Shown: piece after piece, positions 1 through 8,242 of the stretch
How positions within the stretch are numbered: position 1 is the first letter of the stretch
Layout of the letters: each line of letters begins with the position of its first letter
Origin: Thermococcus kodakarensis KOD1
Lineage (GTDB): Archaea; Methanobacteriota_B; Thermococci; Thermococcales; Thermococcaceae
Reading direction: 5' to 3'
NCBI RefSeq assembly: GCF_000009965.1
Contig: NC_006624.1
Location: forward strand, 360,001-392,000
Length of the DNA stretch: 32,000 bases
Made by a program: the position numbers and the translations under genes
Notes under the pieces: model-generated
The model's database searches: none
Seen by the model: only the letters and a program-made list of their open reading frames with translations
Told to the model about the DNA's origin: nothing

Positions 1-177
1 GAAAAGGGTGAGGAGCTTACCGTTGAGCACACGAGGGAGGTCTTTCCGGGGCTGTACGCAACTGGAATGGCGGCCAACGCCCTGGCTGGAGCTCCGAGGA
101 TGGGTCCGATATTCGGCGGCATGCTCCTGAGCGGGAGGAAGGCGGCACTTGAGATTCTCCAGAAGCTCGGAAAGTGA
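1..177 (+). CDS. thi4: 3' end of Thi4-family thiazole synthase gene (truncated by window edge)
   Basis: Frame 1 is open from base 1 to TGA at 175-177. The translation ...[43 protein letters not shown] carries the conserved C-terminal RMGPxFGxMxxSG block of Thi4 proteins. Its stop overlaps the thiD start by 1 nt (GTGATG). Confidence 0.75.
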   Translation, partial: EKGEELTVEHTREVFPGLYATGMAANALAGAPRMGPIFGGMLLSGRKAALEILQKLGK

Positions 178-1472
178 TGCCCATGGCCGTGCTTATAATA
201 GCGGGCCTCGACACGGGCGGTGGGGCGGGGCTGAAGGCGGACATCGAGACGGTTTCCGCTTTGAACGAGCACCCGCTCCCAGTAGTTTCCGCGATAACAT
301 ATCAGAACCCCAACGAGGTTAGGGGCGTCTTTATAGCACCACCAGAAACTATCAGAGAGCAGATAAGGGCCGTCAGGGATGCCTTTGACATCAGGGCCGT
401 TAAAATCGGCCTCATCCATGGCGGTGCGATAGAGGCCATAGCCGAGGAGACGAAAGGGCTGAGGAAGATTCTCGATCCGGTTATGGCTTCTACCTCTGGC
501 TTCCAGTTTTTAAGCCCGGAAGATGTTGGGAGGCTGAAGAAAAGGCTCGTTCCGGGCTCGATAGTCACCCCGAACGTCCCTGAGGCAGAGGTTCTAACGG
601 GAATTAAGATAAACTCGGTAGAGGACATGAGAAAAGCCGCGAGGGTTCTCGTGGAAGAGCTGAGCGCGGAAGCGGCGGTCGTCAAGGGCGGGCACTTGAA
701 CTTTACCGACGTCCTCTACTGGAATGGAGAGGTCTTCGAGATTCCGGGAGAGCACGCTGAGGGCTTCACACACGGGACTGGTTGTGCCTTCTCGACGGCC
801 CTTGCCGCTTTCATTGCCAAAGGCCTAAGGCTTCCAGAGGCCGTCGAGAAGGCAAAACGCTTCGTCGAGGGGGCGATAAGGTTCTCGAGGGGAGAAGGAA
901 AAGCAATCAATCCTATCTGGGAGCTTCAGAGGGATGCTCAGAGATGGAGATCTAAGGAAGAGCTTGGAGATGCAGTGAACAGGCTTGTGAAAATGGGCGA
1001 GCTTCTGAATCGGCATGTGGCTGAAGTAGGCACGAACTTCGCCCTAGCAACGGATTTCAACGAGGTCTTTGCAGTTAAGGGCCGGATAGTCCGCTACGAT
1101 AAAACGGTGAAGCCAGTAGGTCCAGTTGAGCTCAACGCCAGCGACCATCTGAGAAGGGCCCTCCTGAAGATGAGGGAGTTCTACCCAGAGGTCAAAGCAG
1201 TACTCAATCTCCGCTATTCAGAAGAACTCGTCGAGAAGGCGAAAAAGCTCGGGCTCAAGGTTTCCTTCTACGACCGCAGGGAGGAGCCGGAGGAAGTCAA
1301 GAGGGCCGAGAGGGGCACGATGGAGTGGGGCATTGAGACCGCAGTCAAAAGGCTTGGAGAGAGGCCAGACATAGTTTACCACCTCGGAGACTGGGGAAAG
1401 GAACCGATGATACTCGTGTTTGGCAGTAATGCAGAAGAAGTCGTCGAAAGGGTGAGGCTCCTCATTAGCTAA
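177..1472 (+). CDS. thiDN: Bifunctional ThiD/ThiN: hydroxymethylpyrimidine/phosphomethylpyrimidine kinase fused to a ThiN-type thiamine-phosphate synthase domain
   Basis: The N-terminus AGLDTGGGAGLKADIET, followed by ...GTGCAFSTALAAFIAKG, is typical of ThiD kinases. A C-terminal extension of about 170 aa is as seen in archaeal ThiDN. The ORF track starts at GTG 174; ATG 177 is more likely. The thi4 neighbour supports a thiamine operon. Confidence 0.85.
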   Translation: MPMAVLIIAGLDTGGGAGLKADIETVSALNEHPLPVVSAITYQNPNEVRGVFIAPPETIREQIRAVRDAFDIRAVKIGLIHGGAIEAIAEETKGLRKILDPVMASTSGFQFLSPEDVGRLKKRLVPGSIVTPNVPEAEVLTGIKINSVEDMRKAARVLVEELSAEAAVVKGGHLNFTDVLYWNGEVFEIPGEHAEGFTHGTGCAFSTALAAFIAKGLRLPEAVEKAKRFVEGAIRFSRGEGKAINPIWELQRDAQRWRSKEELGDAVNRLVKMGELLNRHVAEVGTNFALATDFNEVFAVKGRIVRYDKTVKPVGPVELNASDHLRRALLKMREFYPEVKAVLNLRYSEELVEKAKKLGLKVSFYDRREEPEEVKRAERGTMEWGIETAVKRLGERPDIVYHLGDWGKEPMILVFGSNAEEVVERVRLLIS

Positions 1473-1511
1473 CGTTATAACCTCTCCTCCCTATTTTTAT
1501 TGGTGGCTCTC

Positions 1512-3413
1512 ATGATAGTGCGGGGAAAAGTGACAGGAAACGAAATCCCGCGGTTCAAGCACCGGTGGTTCGGCGTTCTTGAGGTTGATGCCGGGGAAAA
1601 GTACAGGCTCTATATGACGGGCAACGCGGCCCAGTGGTTTCTGACTGGGGACGAGGTTGAGATTGAGATTCTGAGCAAGCCAAAGGAGAAGAACGGCTTT
1701 AAGGTTCTCGACTTTGATGACTACCGCCTGTGGAAGTTCTACAACGGTGAAAAGATCCCGGTCTGGCCCCTCTGGGAAAAGGAGCTTGAGGCAAAGCGCT
1801 ACTCTCCGCTGACGGGTGAGCTCCTCTACACATACAAAATCCAGGCGAGGGAGGCCAAATACGAGTCCGACTTCGAGGCGATAGCGGAGCTTGAGCAGTA
1901 CCATTACGCGAGCCAGAAGGAGAAGGTGGCGCTGTGGCGCTGTGAGAACGGCCACATCTTCGAGGCCAACACGAAGGGGGCCTGTCCCGTCTGCGGGAGC
2001 GAGGACGTCCACATACTCGAAATCAAGGGCTCAACTCCGGCCTCGCGCTTCCTGATCCTTGAGCTAGTTGAGAGGGAGGAGTACGAGCCGAGGATTCTCA
2101 GCTACGTCCGCGTTGACCCGCCTATACCCCTGATGCACCGCAGACTGCCGAACGGAGAAATCGAGAAGAACATCCGCGAGAAAGTCTTCCCAGAGGACTG
2201 GTTCCACCCCGCATTCTGGCCGGAGAGGATAATGCGCGAGCTTTACGAGGAGCTGAAGAAGAAGTACAAGAAGAGGGTTGCCCGCTCGTACCTCTGGGAG
2301 GAGGCCAAGTGGAAGGCCCTAAAGGAGACGAACACAGCTGGGGCGAGGATAGCCAGGGTTGTGGTTCACCCCGACTACCGCTCCGACGGCCTCGGTCAGC
2401 TGAGCGTTAAGGCCGCGCTCGAGTGGATAGCCGAGCGCAGAATTCCGGAGATGAGGAAGAGAAAGCACATAGTAGAGACCATAGCCCAGATGGCCCGCTA
2501 CAACCCGTTCTTCGAGAAGGTGGGCTTCAAGTTCCTCTGGGAGACTGCAAGCGGGAGGCCCGTTCTCTTCTACCCTCTGACCGAGGAGGCGAAGGAGTAC
2601 ATAGAGCGCTTCCTTAAGGAGGATCCGTACGCCCCAAAGGACGGAAGGCTCTGGCGCCCGAGCTACGGAAAGGTCGAGCCTCTCAGCGGGCCGATAGTAT
2701 TCAAGGATGTGAGCAAGGTCTTCGAAAGCGAGCTCGACGTGAAGGGCCTTCCGGATGAGATAAGGGAACTCCTGGAGGCGTTCGGCGTCAGGCACCGCGT
2801 CATCCAGAGGCCCGTCCTTAGGAACCTCAACTTCGAGATAAAACCCGGCGAGCTCATAGCGGTCGTGGGTGCGAGCGGAGCTGGGAAGACCACCCTCCTG
2901 AGGCTAATTTTGGGGGCGGCCAACGGCTGGTGGGAGGAGCGCTTCAGGCCGACGACTGGAGAGATAGAAGTTCCCAAGAACGTTAAGGTCTCCGTTATGA
3001 TACCCGGCGAGTTCGAGCCGAGCTTTGGGACTGAGAGCATACTTGAGCACGTTTACAGGAAGATAGGCGACCTTAACGCGGCAGTTGAAGTTCTCAACAG
3101 GGCTGGACTGAGTGACGCAGTCCTTTACAGGGCAAAGTACTCGGAGCTCAGCACGGGTCAGAAGGAGAGGGCCAGGATAGCCTCGCTCCTCGCTGAGAAA
3201 CCAAATCTGCTCCTCATAGACGAGTTCGCGGCACACCTTGACACTCTAACGGCCATGAGGGTCGCCAGAAAGGTTGCCGAGATAATCCGCGAGGCAGGGA
3301 TTACCGCGCTCATAATAACCCACCGGCCGGAGGTCCTAAAGGCCCTTGATCCGGACAGGGTGCTCTTCGTCGGCTACGGAACCGCGAGGGTTCAAGGTAA
3401 AGAAAAGAGTTAG
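1512..3413 (+). CDS. Soluble fusion protein: N-terminal domain with CxxxxH...CxxC zinc ribbon, GNAT acetyltransferase domain, and a single ABC-type ATPase domain
   Basis: GNAT motif A: VVVHPDYRSDGLGQLSV (R-x-x-G-x-G); motif B-like: NPFFEKVGFKF. Zn ribbon: WRCENGHIFEANTKGACPVCGSED. ABC Walker A GASGAGKTT, signature LSTGQKERARIA, Walker B LLLIDEF. The ORF track starts at TTG 1500; ATG 1512 lies just downstream of the TATA-like CTATTTTTATTG, so the start is uncertain. Confidence 0.8.
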   Translation: MIVRGKVTGNEIPRFKHRWFGVLEVDAGEKYRLYMTGNAAQWFLTGDEVEIEILSKPKEKNGFKVLDFDDYRLWKFYNGEKIPVWPLWEKELEAKRYSPLTGELLYTYKIQAREAKYESDFEAIAELEQYHYASQKEKVALWRCENGHIFEANTKGACPVCGSEDVHILEIKGSTPASRFLILELVEREEYEPRILSYVRVDPPIPLMHRRLPNGEIEKNIREKVFPEDWFHPAFWPERIMRELYEELKKKYKKRVARSYLWEEAKWKALKETNTAGARIARVVVHPDYRSDGLGQLSVKAALEWIAERRIPEMRKRKHIVETIAQMARYNPFFEKVGFKFLWETASGRPVLFYPLTEEAKEYIERFLKEDPYAPKDGRLWRPSYGKVEPLSGPIVFKDVSKVFESELDVKGLPDEIRELLEAFGVRHRVIQRPVLRNLNFEIKPGELIAVVGASGAGKTTLLRLILGAANGWWEERFRPTTGEIEVPKNVKVSVMIPGEFEPSFGTESILEHVYRKIGDLNAAVEVLNRAGLSDAVLYRAKYSELSTGQKERARIASLLAEKPNLLLIDEFAAHLDTLTAMRVARKVAEIIREAGITALIITHRPEVLKALDPDRVLFVGYGTARVQGKEKS

Positions 3414-3425
3414 TTCCAAGGTGTT

Positions 3426-5372
3426 TCAAAGCTTAATTTTGGCTATATTTTTTATATCTTCAACGAATTCACCAAGATCCACAAGGTTCCAGCCATTTTC
3501 CCACACGAGAACTTTGAACTTTATCGGGACTTCCCCAAACAGCTTATGCCATATCTTCTGGCGTAATTTGATTTTATGGTGGTGTATGAGTGCGGACACC
3601 GGTCTAAGGACTATCCAGAGTTCATTTTCAGGAAGTTGCAACTTTCCACTGACTACGTACTTTTCAACGGTGTGGTCAATTTTCTTTAAGGGATTCTCTG
3701 TTCCGATCAGAGTCTCGATTTCAATCACTGAGTGGTCTGCCCATTGAATATCAGGAATTATGCCTGTTTCTAGAGGTTCTTCTATCTTGACAATTTGGTT
3801 TGAGATAAGTTCAATAGCCTTGTCTAGTATCTCCGACTCTGCGTACTCTTCGATCTCCTGAGAAAGAATATAAGAGAGAACTGCACACTTCAGCTTATAG
3901 TGGGTTCCCTCCGAGGAAGTTTTTGGCACCAGTGGAGAGAACACTTTGGTGGTCTCGATTAAATACTCGTCCATCTTTTCCTCAGCTTTTAGGAAATCTT
4001 CGTCCCGAATTCCAGTTACCCCATAAACAAGTGCCCTATATCTCGGCAAAATCTCTGAGCTTTCCGTTTCTGGAAGGATTATCGTATGCATTATCCCTCT
4101 AAAGCTGGACATTACATCTTCCAAGTTCTCCACACTAAGCCTATCAGTTATCGTTACTAAAAAGCCGAGACCTGTTAAATAACTGGTCTGGAGCCTGCCT
4201 GCAACTTTGTATATGAACGTCTTGAGCTTATTAAGTGAAACTCCTCTTGAGTCAATGACCTCTATCTTTGATGCGGGTGAAAAGGATGTCATTAGATAAA
4301 CATCCTTAGTGGAATCAACTCTCTCAATACCGTCCATGTATTCCTTGAGGGTTCTATATGTCGGTCTAGGTCTTTCTCCCTTATACTCGAGGTATATCTC
4401 CGAAAGAATGCGCAGGAGTGGCCATTGCCACTCTCCTAGTTCTTGACCGAGTAGAATGAAAACGGGTTTGTCAGTGATTTCGTCTGCCCCATGGGGGAAT
4501 TTTCCCCTCACTCCAAGCAGGGTATCTAAAACGTTGCTCATCTTTCGTACCTCCCACTCAACGAATCCGGAGATATCTGCCAAGTAGGGATTTATTTCAA
4601 AATTCAAATCCAGCTGTAAGGGGGCAATAGCGTTTCTTTTTAGGTCAATGAGCTGTATTGACCTTTGATCATAATAAGGCAAAGAGACTTTGAATTCAGC
4701 TTTTGGAAAAGTCTCGGATTTTAAGGGGAACTCCATTCTACCAACATTTGAGCTCTTGGACACTCTCAAAGAGACTTTAAGCTCCTTTGGAACCTCTGTA
4801 TTGGATAGAGGAATCTCTGTAATTGTCCTAACTTGATGTTGAGTAAATTCGAGGGACAGGGAAAGACTATGTGAGACCATATCGGCGGGGACTCCACGTC
4901 CAAACGGGGGTGGATTAGAGTGTTTGCTGGGAATTTTTGAATGAACAGTGATTCTAAGCTCCTGTGGGGGCGAAAGGGTAAACCTAAAAGAAGGTTCTTC
5001 CCCGGTTTCGGATGTTCTAATGTCTATACTTAAATCTCGTGGAAAGTTCTCTTCTTGGAAGAGTAGAGAAATCTCGTGTGGAGCCGTTACAGGATTTACA
5101 TCGCTTTCCAGTGAAATACCCTCCATTGCTGAATAAGGAGAGATCAGTTTAATCTCGCTAAACTTTCTCTCAGAAGTTTTTCTCTTTGGAGAAATTGGTG
5201 TTCTGGCAATTTGTTCCTCATTTTTTGACGTTTTGCGGGTATCCATTGAGCGAGGAACATTCCCACTAGAGCTTGGTTGTTTTATAGTGCTTGGAATTTT
5301 CTTGACTTTGAGTTTTTCATCTTCCTCAGGGGCCTCTTGGATCAGCGGCTTTTTCTTTTGAATTCTCCTCAT
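3426..5372 (-). CDS. Hypothetical protein (about 648 aa), second gene of an AT-rich two-gene operon; charged/S-P-K-rich N-terminal third, no recognisable catalytic motifs
   Basis: Long uninterrupted ORF. The likely start is ATG 5372, preceded by AGGTGGGAAT and lying 8 nt after the TAG stop of the upstream gene. The ORF track extends to 5405. I could find no Walker, helicase, nuclease or TM motif. Confidence 0.6.
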   Translation of the reverse strand: MRRIQKKKPLIQEAPEEDEKLKVKKIPSTIKQPSSSGNVPRSMDTRKTSKNEEQIARTPISPKRKTSERKFSEIKLISPYSAMEGISLESDVNPVTAPHEISLLFQEENFPRDLSIDIRTSETGEEPSFRFTLSPPQELRITVHSKIPSKHSNPPPFGRGVPADMVSHSLSLSLEFTQHQVRTITEIPLSNTEVPKELKVSLRVSKSSNVGRMEFPLKSETFPKAEFKVSLPYYDQRSIQLIDLKRNAIAPLQLDLNFEINPYLADISGFVEWEVRKMSNVLDTLLGVRGKFPHGADEITDKPVFILLGQELGEWQWPLLRILSEIYLEYKGERPRPTYRTLKEYMDGIERVDSTKDVYLMTSFSPASKIEVIDSRGVSLNKLKTFIYKVAGRLQTSYLTGLGFLVTITDRLSVENLEDVMSSFRGIMHTIILPETESSEILPRYRALVYGVTGIRDEDFLKAEEKMDEYLIETTKVFSPLVPKTSSEGTHYKLKCAVLSYILSQEIEEYAESEILDKAIELISNQIVKIEEPLETGIIPDIQWADHSVIEIETLIGTENPLKKIDHTVEKYVVSGKLQLPENELWIVLRPVSALIHHHKIKLRQKIWHKLFGEVPIKFKVLVWENGWNLVDLGEFVEDIKNIAKIKL

Positions 5373-5380
5373 ATTCCCAC

Positions 5381-6619
5381 CTAAAGAAGCCCTTTGATGA
5401 CCCAAGACCCACCATCGTAATAAAACTGCTTTCCATACCTGCTTTCGGTTCTGTTGACCTTTATCTTGAGATATCTCTTCTCTAAAGGAGTCCCCGACTC
5501 ATTGCCCACCCAATTGGGTGTCCTGATGTACCCCGCGGAGATGAGGGGGAATATCTCCTCGATGAACCTTGAGAGAGGAATAGTGGCTGTATAGGTCTTA
5601 TAACCAGCATTGTCCACAAGTACAAATGAAGTGCCTGAAGTGGGGACTAAACTGTATTCATCACCATTTTGAATGTATCTTAATATCCCCCTGGTATCTT
5701 CCGATATGTCCCAACCTTCCAAGTTATACGTCCTTGTTACAAAGTTGTACTTGTCCTTCCACCACTCTTTAAAGGCGCTCCTTACATCTCTTGAGAGCCT
5801 TGAAAGAATCGCAGAGACATCTCCAAACTCCCCAAAGAGAGCGTTTATTAAGGCTGGAATGCTCGGTGGGGAAGGGTTAAAATGACTTAGCCAGAAGAAA
5901 TCATCCACATCTTCTTCACTGGCCTTCTCAAGATCAACCTTTTCGAGCTTTGAGTTGTAAATGTACCCAATGCGCCATAACGAGGAGAGTTCTCTTAGGC
6001 TGTGGATGTCTCCATTGAGTATCTCCTCAATGTGTAACAAGGGAGCGGTGTCAAGATAGTACGAAATTGCGGAGTATGGGTTAAACATGGGCAGCAGAGC
6101 GCATCCGGTTCTTAGAAGATGATTGAATTTCTCCACAAGCTTCGGCTCATCTGGAGAGACCCATGAGAGAAACTCTTCCTTGGGAATCTCTGGTACTTGG
6201 CCCCCGAGACTGAGAATAAGATCCTTAAGCTGGTTTAGGATTTGTTCAAAGTTATCATGCGAGGTACCCAGTACTAGATCACCAACGACGAACGCCACTC
6301 TATCACCTCTTCTTTTGTAGAGGGTTAGTGTATCATCATAGTCGTTCGCCCCAAGGGCGCGAACCCCGAACAAAGAATACATAAATCTTCCTATGGCATT
6401 TGGAGAGTCTTCTCCACCTATTAGAAGCATTCTTGCGGAATTCTTTAGGTGATCATCAAGAAAGGCTATTCTTTTTCCATGAAGTTCAGTTTTCGTCCAC
6501 TTCCAGAAGTTCTCGAACTGATAAAGAGCCACATAGAGCTCAGAAAGCTGGTTGGTGTATTCTCCCCAGTTCTTTCTGTTCCATAGTGCTTTTTCACGAG
6601 CCCACGATGTTAAATCCAT
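5381..6619 (-). CDS. Hypothetical protein (about 412 aa), first gene of an AT-rich two-gene operon
   Basis: Long ORF. ATG at 6619 is preceded by GGTGAGGATT. The ORF-track GTG 6628 sits inside that RBS. A/T-rich TATA-like elements lie at about 6637-6664 upstream. No recognisable domain. Confidence 0.6.
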   Translation of the reverse strand: MDLTSWAREKALWNRKNWGEYTNQLSELYVALYQFENFWKWTKTELHGKRIAFLDDHLKNSARMLLIGGEDSPNAIGRFMYSLFGVRALGANDYDDTLTLYKRRGDRVAFVVGDLVLGTSHDNFEQILNQLKDLILSLGGQVPEIPKEEFLSWVSPDEPKLVEKFNHLLRTGCALLPMFNPYSAISYYLDTAPLLHIEEILNGDIHSLRELSSLWRIGYIYNSKLEKVDLEKASEEDVDDFFWLSHFNPSPPSIPALINALFGEFGDVSAILSRLSRDVRSAFKEWWKDKYNFVTRTYNLEGWDISEDTRGILRYIQNGDEYSLVPTSGTSFVLVDNAGYKTYTATIPLSRFIEEIFPLISAGYIRTPNWVGNESGTPLEKRYLKIKVNRTESRYGKQFYYDGGSWVIKGLL

Positions 6620-6704
6620 AATCCTCACCGTTTATAATTTTGCTTAGGAGTGTTATAAAGCTTTGTTGTGGAGAGTCGCTCGTCAAACTATATTCTGTTG
6701 GGAT

Positions 6705-7292
6705 TTAGAGCGCGCAGAGCACGTCGAAGAAAGCCGAACCGAGCCAGTGAAGGAGGAAGCTTGGGACGAAGCTCTCTCCTTTTAAGTCCATTTTTGCAAA
6801 GACTATCCCGGCTATGAAAGCGTAGGGAACTTCTATTCCGGGCTTTCCGATGTGGACTATTGTATAGGGGATGTCCTGAAGGATTACGGCCAGCCACTCG
6901 TTCTTTTTTGCCAGAGGGAAAAGAAGAAAGCCTCGATAAAAAGCCTCGTGGGCCAGCATTGTAATCCCCATGGCAAGCTCACCCAGAACGAAGTCAAAGG
7001 CGCTTGAATACGGAAAAACCGGATAGTAAGACCTCATCTCGGGGATGCTTCTCCCGTAGATGCTCAGTGGAATTGAAGCCAGAAAGAGAACGGCAAAGAG
7101 CTTTAGACCAGTCCTGTTTGGTAGGCTTATGCCGACTTCTCCCCACTGGAAGCCCATAAGTCTTGAGACTACCGCCGGAATTAGGAGGTAAAAGAGGCCG
7201 ACTATGGCAACGTGGTCCCAGAAAGAGGTATGAATAAGCCATGGGACGAAGCTAAGGGGCAGTAAAAGTATGAAGAGCAAAACTTCCCTCAA
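6705..7292 (-). CDS. CPBP-family (CAAX protease/Abi-like) intramembrane metalloprotease
   Basis: The protein is hydrophobic and multi-spanning. It carries AHEAFYRGFL (EExxxR-like motif 1), YTIVHIGK (FxxxH-like) and LLHWLGSAFFD (HxxxN/D-like). The TTG start lies 3 nt after the TGA of the upstream gene. Confidence 0.6.
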   Translation of the reverse strand: MREVLLFILLLPLSFVPWLIHTSFWDHVAIVGLFYLLIPAVVSRLMGFQWGEVGISLPNRTGLKLFAVLFLASIPLSIYGRSIPEMRSYYPVFPYSSAFDFVLGELAMGITMLAHEAFYRGFLLFPLAKKNEWLAVILQDIPYTIVHIGKPGIEVPYAFIAGIVFAKMDLKGESFVPSFLLHWLGSAFFDVLCAL

Positions 7293-7295
7293 GGC

Positions 7296-8198
7296 TCACA
7301 CCATGAAGCTTATGTGCGCCGTTCTGACGTACCTTCCAATCTGAATGCCGCGGTTTGTGAACGCTATCTCTATCTCAAGCGGCCGGTGGGGGTTTCCCCT
7401 TCTGACAACCCTGATTCCGACAAAATCACCAAGTCTGTCCTTGTTGAGTCTGTTCACGTGGGAGTATAGAAGCCTGAGGAAATTGCGGTAGTCCTGCATC
7501 TCCTCGAAGAACTCCCTCTGCTCGGGGTTCAGATTGGGATAGACGTATTTGTGGAAGAACCAGTCGAAGGAGCCATACGTGCTCGTTGCATACGTGAAGA
7601 GAACCTTGTAAAACTCGATGTTCTTGTTCCCAAAGGCCGAGTCCATGTATTCAACGGCCTTTCCAAGGTAGCTAGCAGCCTCGCTGAGCTTCATTCTGAT
7701 AAGCCCGAGCTCAATGTCGTTGCCTCTAAGGGTTACGAGTATATACCTGCCGCCGCCGTAGTCCAGATAGACGGAGCTGTAAAACAGGACGAGCTTTCTC
7801 GGCCTAACGCTCATGTACTGGGCTATTCTCCTGAGGGCGTCCCCCATTCTGTTCAGGGTTCTCGGGTCGCCGATAAGCACGGCATCAACCCCGAGAAGGC
7901 TTTCGTGGACGGCTATATCGTTGTCCAGCCAGAACTCCACGACCCTCTTCCAGCCGGGCATGTTGTAGCGGTTGAGGATCTTCAGCTCAAGCAGGGAAAC
8001 CGGGACTTCCTTGACTACCCGCCCAAAGCGCTTTTTGAACACGACAACAGGATGGTAGCCGCTCGAGGGATTTAGATACGAAACGGGGAGCTCCATCACT
8101 TGTCTGAGAGCGAGTACGGCGTCGCGTATCTTAGGCACGTCATCTTTCGTGAACCTTCCGCCGAGGTCTTCAAGGAGAACGTCAAAGCGAGACTTCAT
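7296..8198 (-). CDS. Conserved-looking hypothetical protein (about 300 aa)
   Basis: Long ORF in native-like GC. ATG 8198 (MKSRFDVLLEDLGG...) is preceded by GGGGAGAGGTT and by a TTTTTATTATA box at 8213-8224 (minus strand). The ORF-track start at 8246 would overlap the FKBP gene. Confidence 0.6.
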   Translation of the reverse strand: MKSRFDVLLEDLGGRFTKDDVPKIRDAVLALRQVMELPVSYLNPSSGYHPVVVFKKRFGRVVKEVPVSLLELKILNRYNMPGWKRVVEFWLDNDIAVHESLLGVDAVLIGDPRTLNRMGDALRRIAQYMSVRPRKLVLFYSSVYLDYGGGRYILVTLRGNDIELGLIRMKLSEAASYLGKAVEYMDSAFGNKNIEFYKVLFTYATSTYGSFDWFFHKYVYPNLNPEQREFFEEMQDYRNFLRLLYSHVNRLNKDRLGDFVGIRVVRRGNPHRPLEIEIAFTNRGIQIGRYVRTAHISFMV

Positions 8199-8242
8199 AA
8201 CCTCTCCCCACAGTATAATAAAAAGAACGGGGGTTAAAAACC

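Noticed and set aside
1497-3236. Several 110-171-aa antisense or alternative-frame ORFs inside the GNAT-ABC gene (1497..2012, 2319..2795, 2663..3040, 2904..3236)
   Set aside because: They are shadow ORFs within a gene whose own frame carries GNAT and ABC motifs end to end. None has start-site support.
3426-3800. A possible PD-(D/E)xK nuclease motif in the C-terminus of the 648-aa protein (IPDIQWADHSVIEIETLIG)
   Set aside because: The lysine of the (D/E)xK triad is missing and the spacing is atypical. This is too weak to call without a profile or structure search.
3414-6704. Whether AT-rich island 1 (and island 2 at 9296-11486) is an integrated virus or plasmid with att sites
   Set aside because: There is no integrase, no tRNA target and no convincing flanking direct repeats. 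Only trivial AAAGCTT / TAAGCT matches occur at the borders. Foreign origin remains plausible on composition, but a classical integrated element is not supported.
7551-8075. 174-aa plus-strand ORF antisense to the 300-aa hypothetical gene
   Set aside because: It has no RBS or promoter. The minus-strand ORF is longer, has a good RBS and TATA, and is coupled to the downstream CPBP gene.
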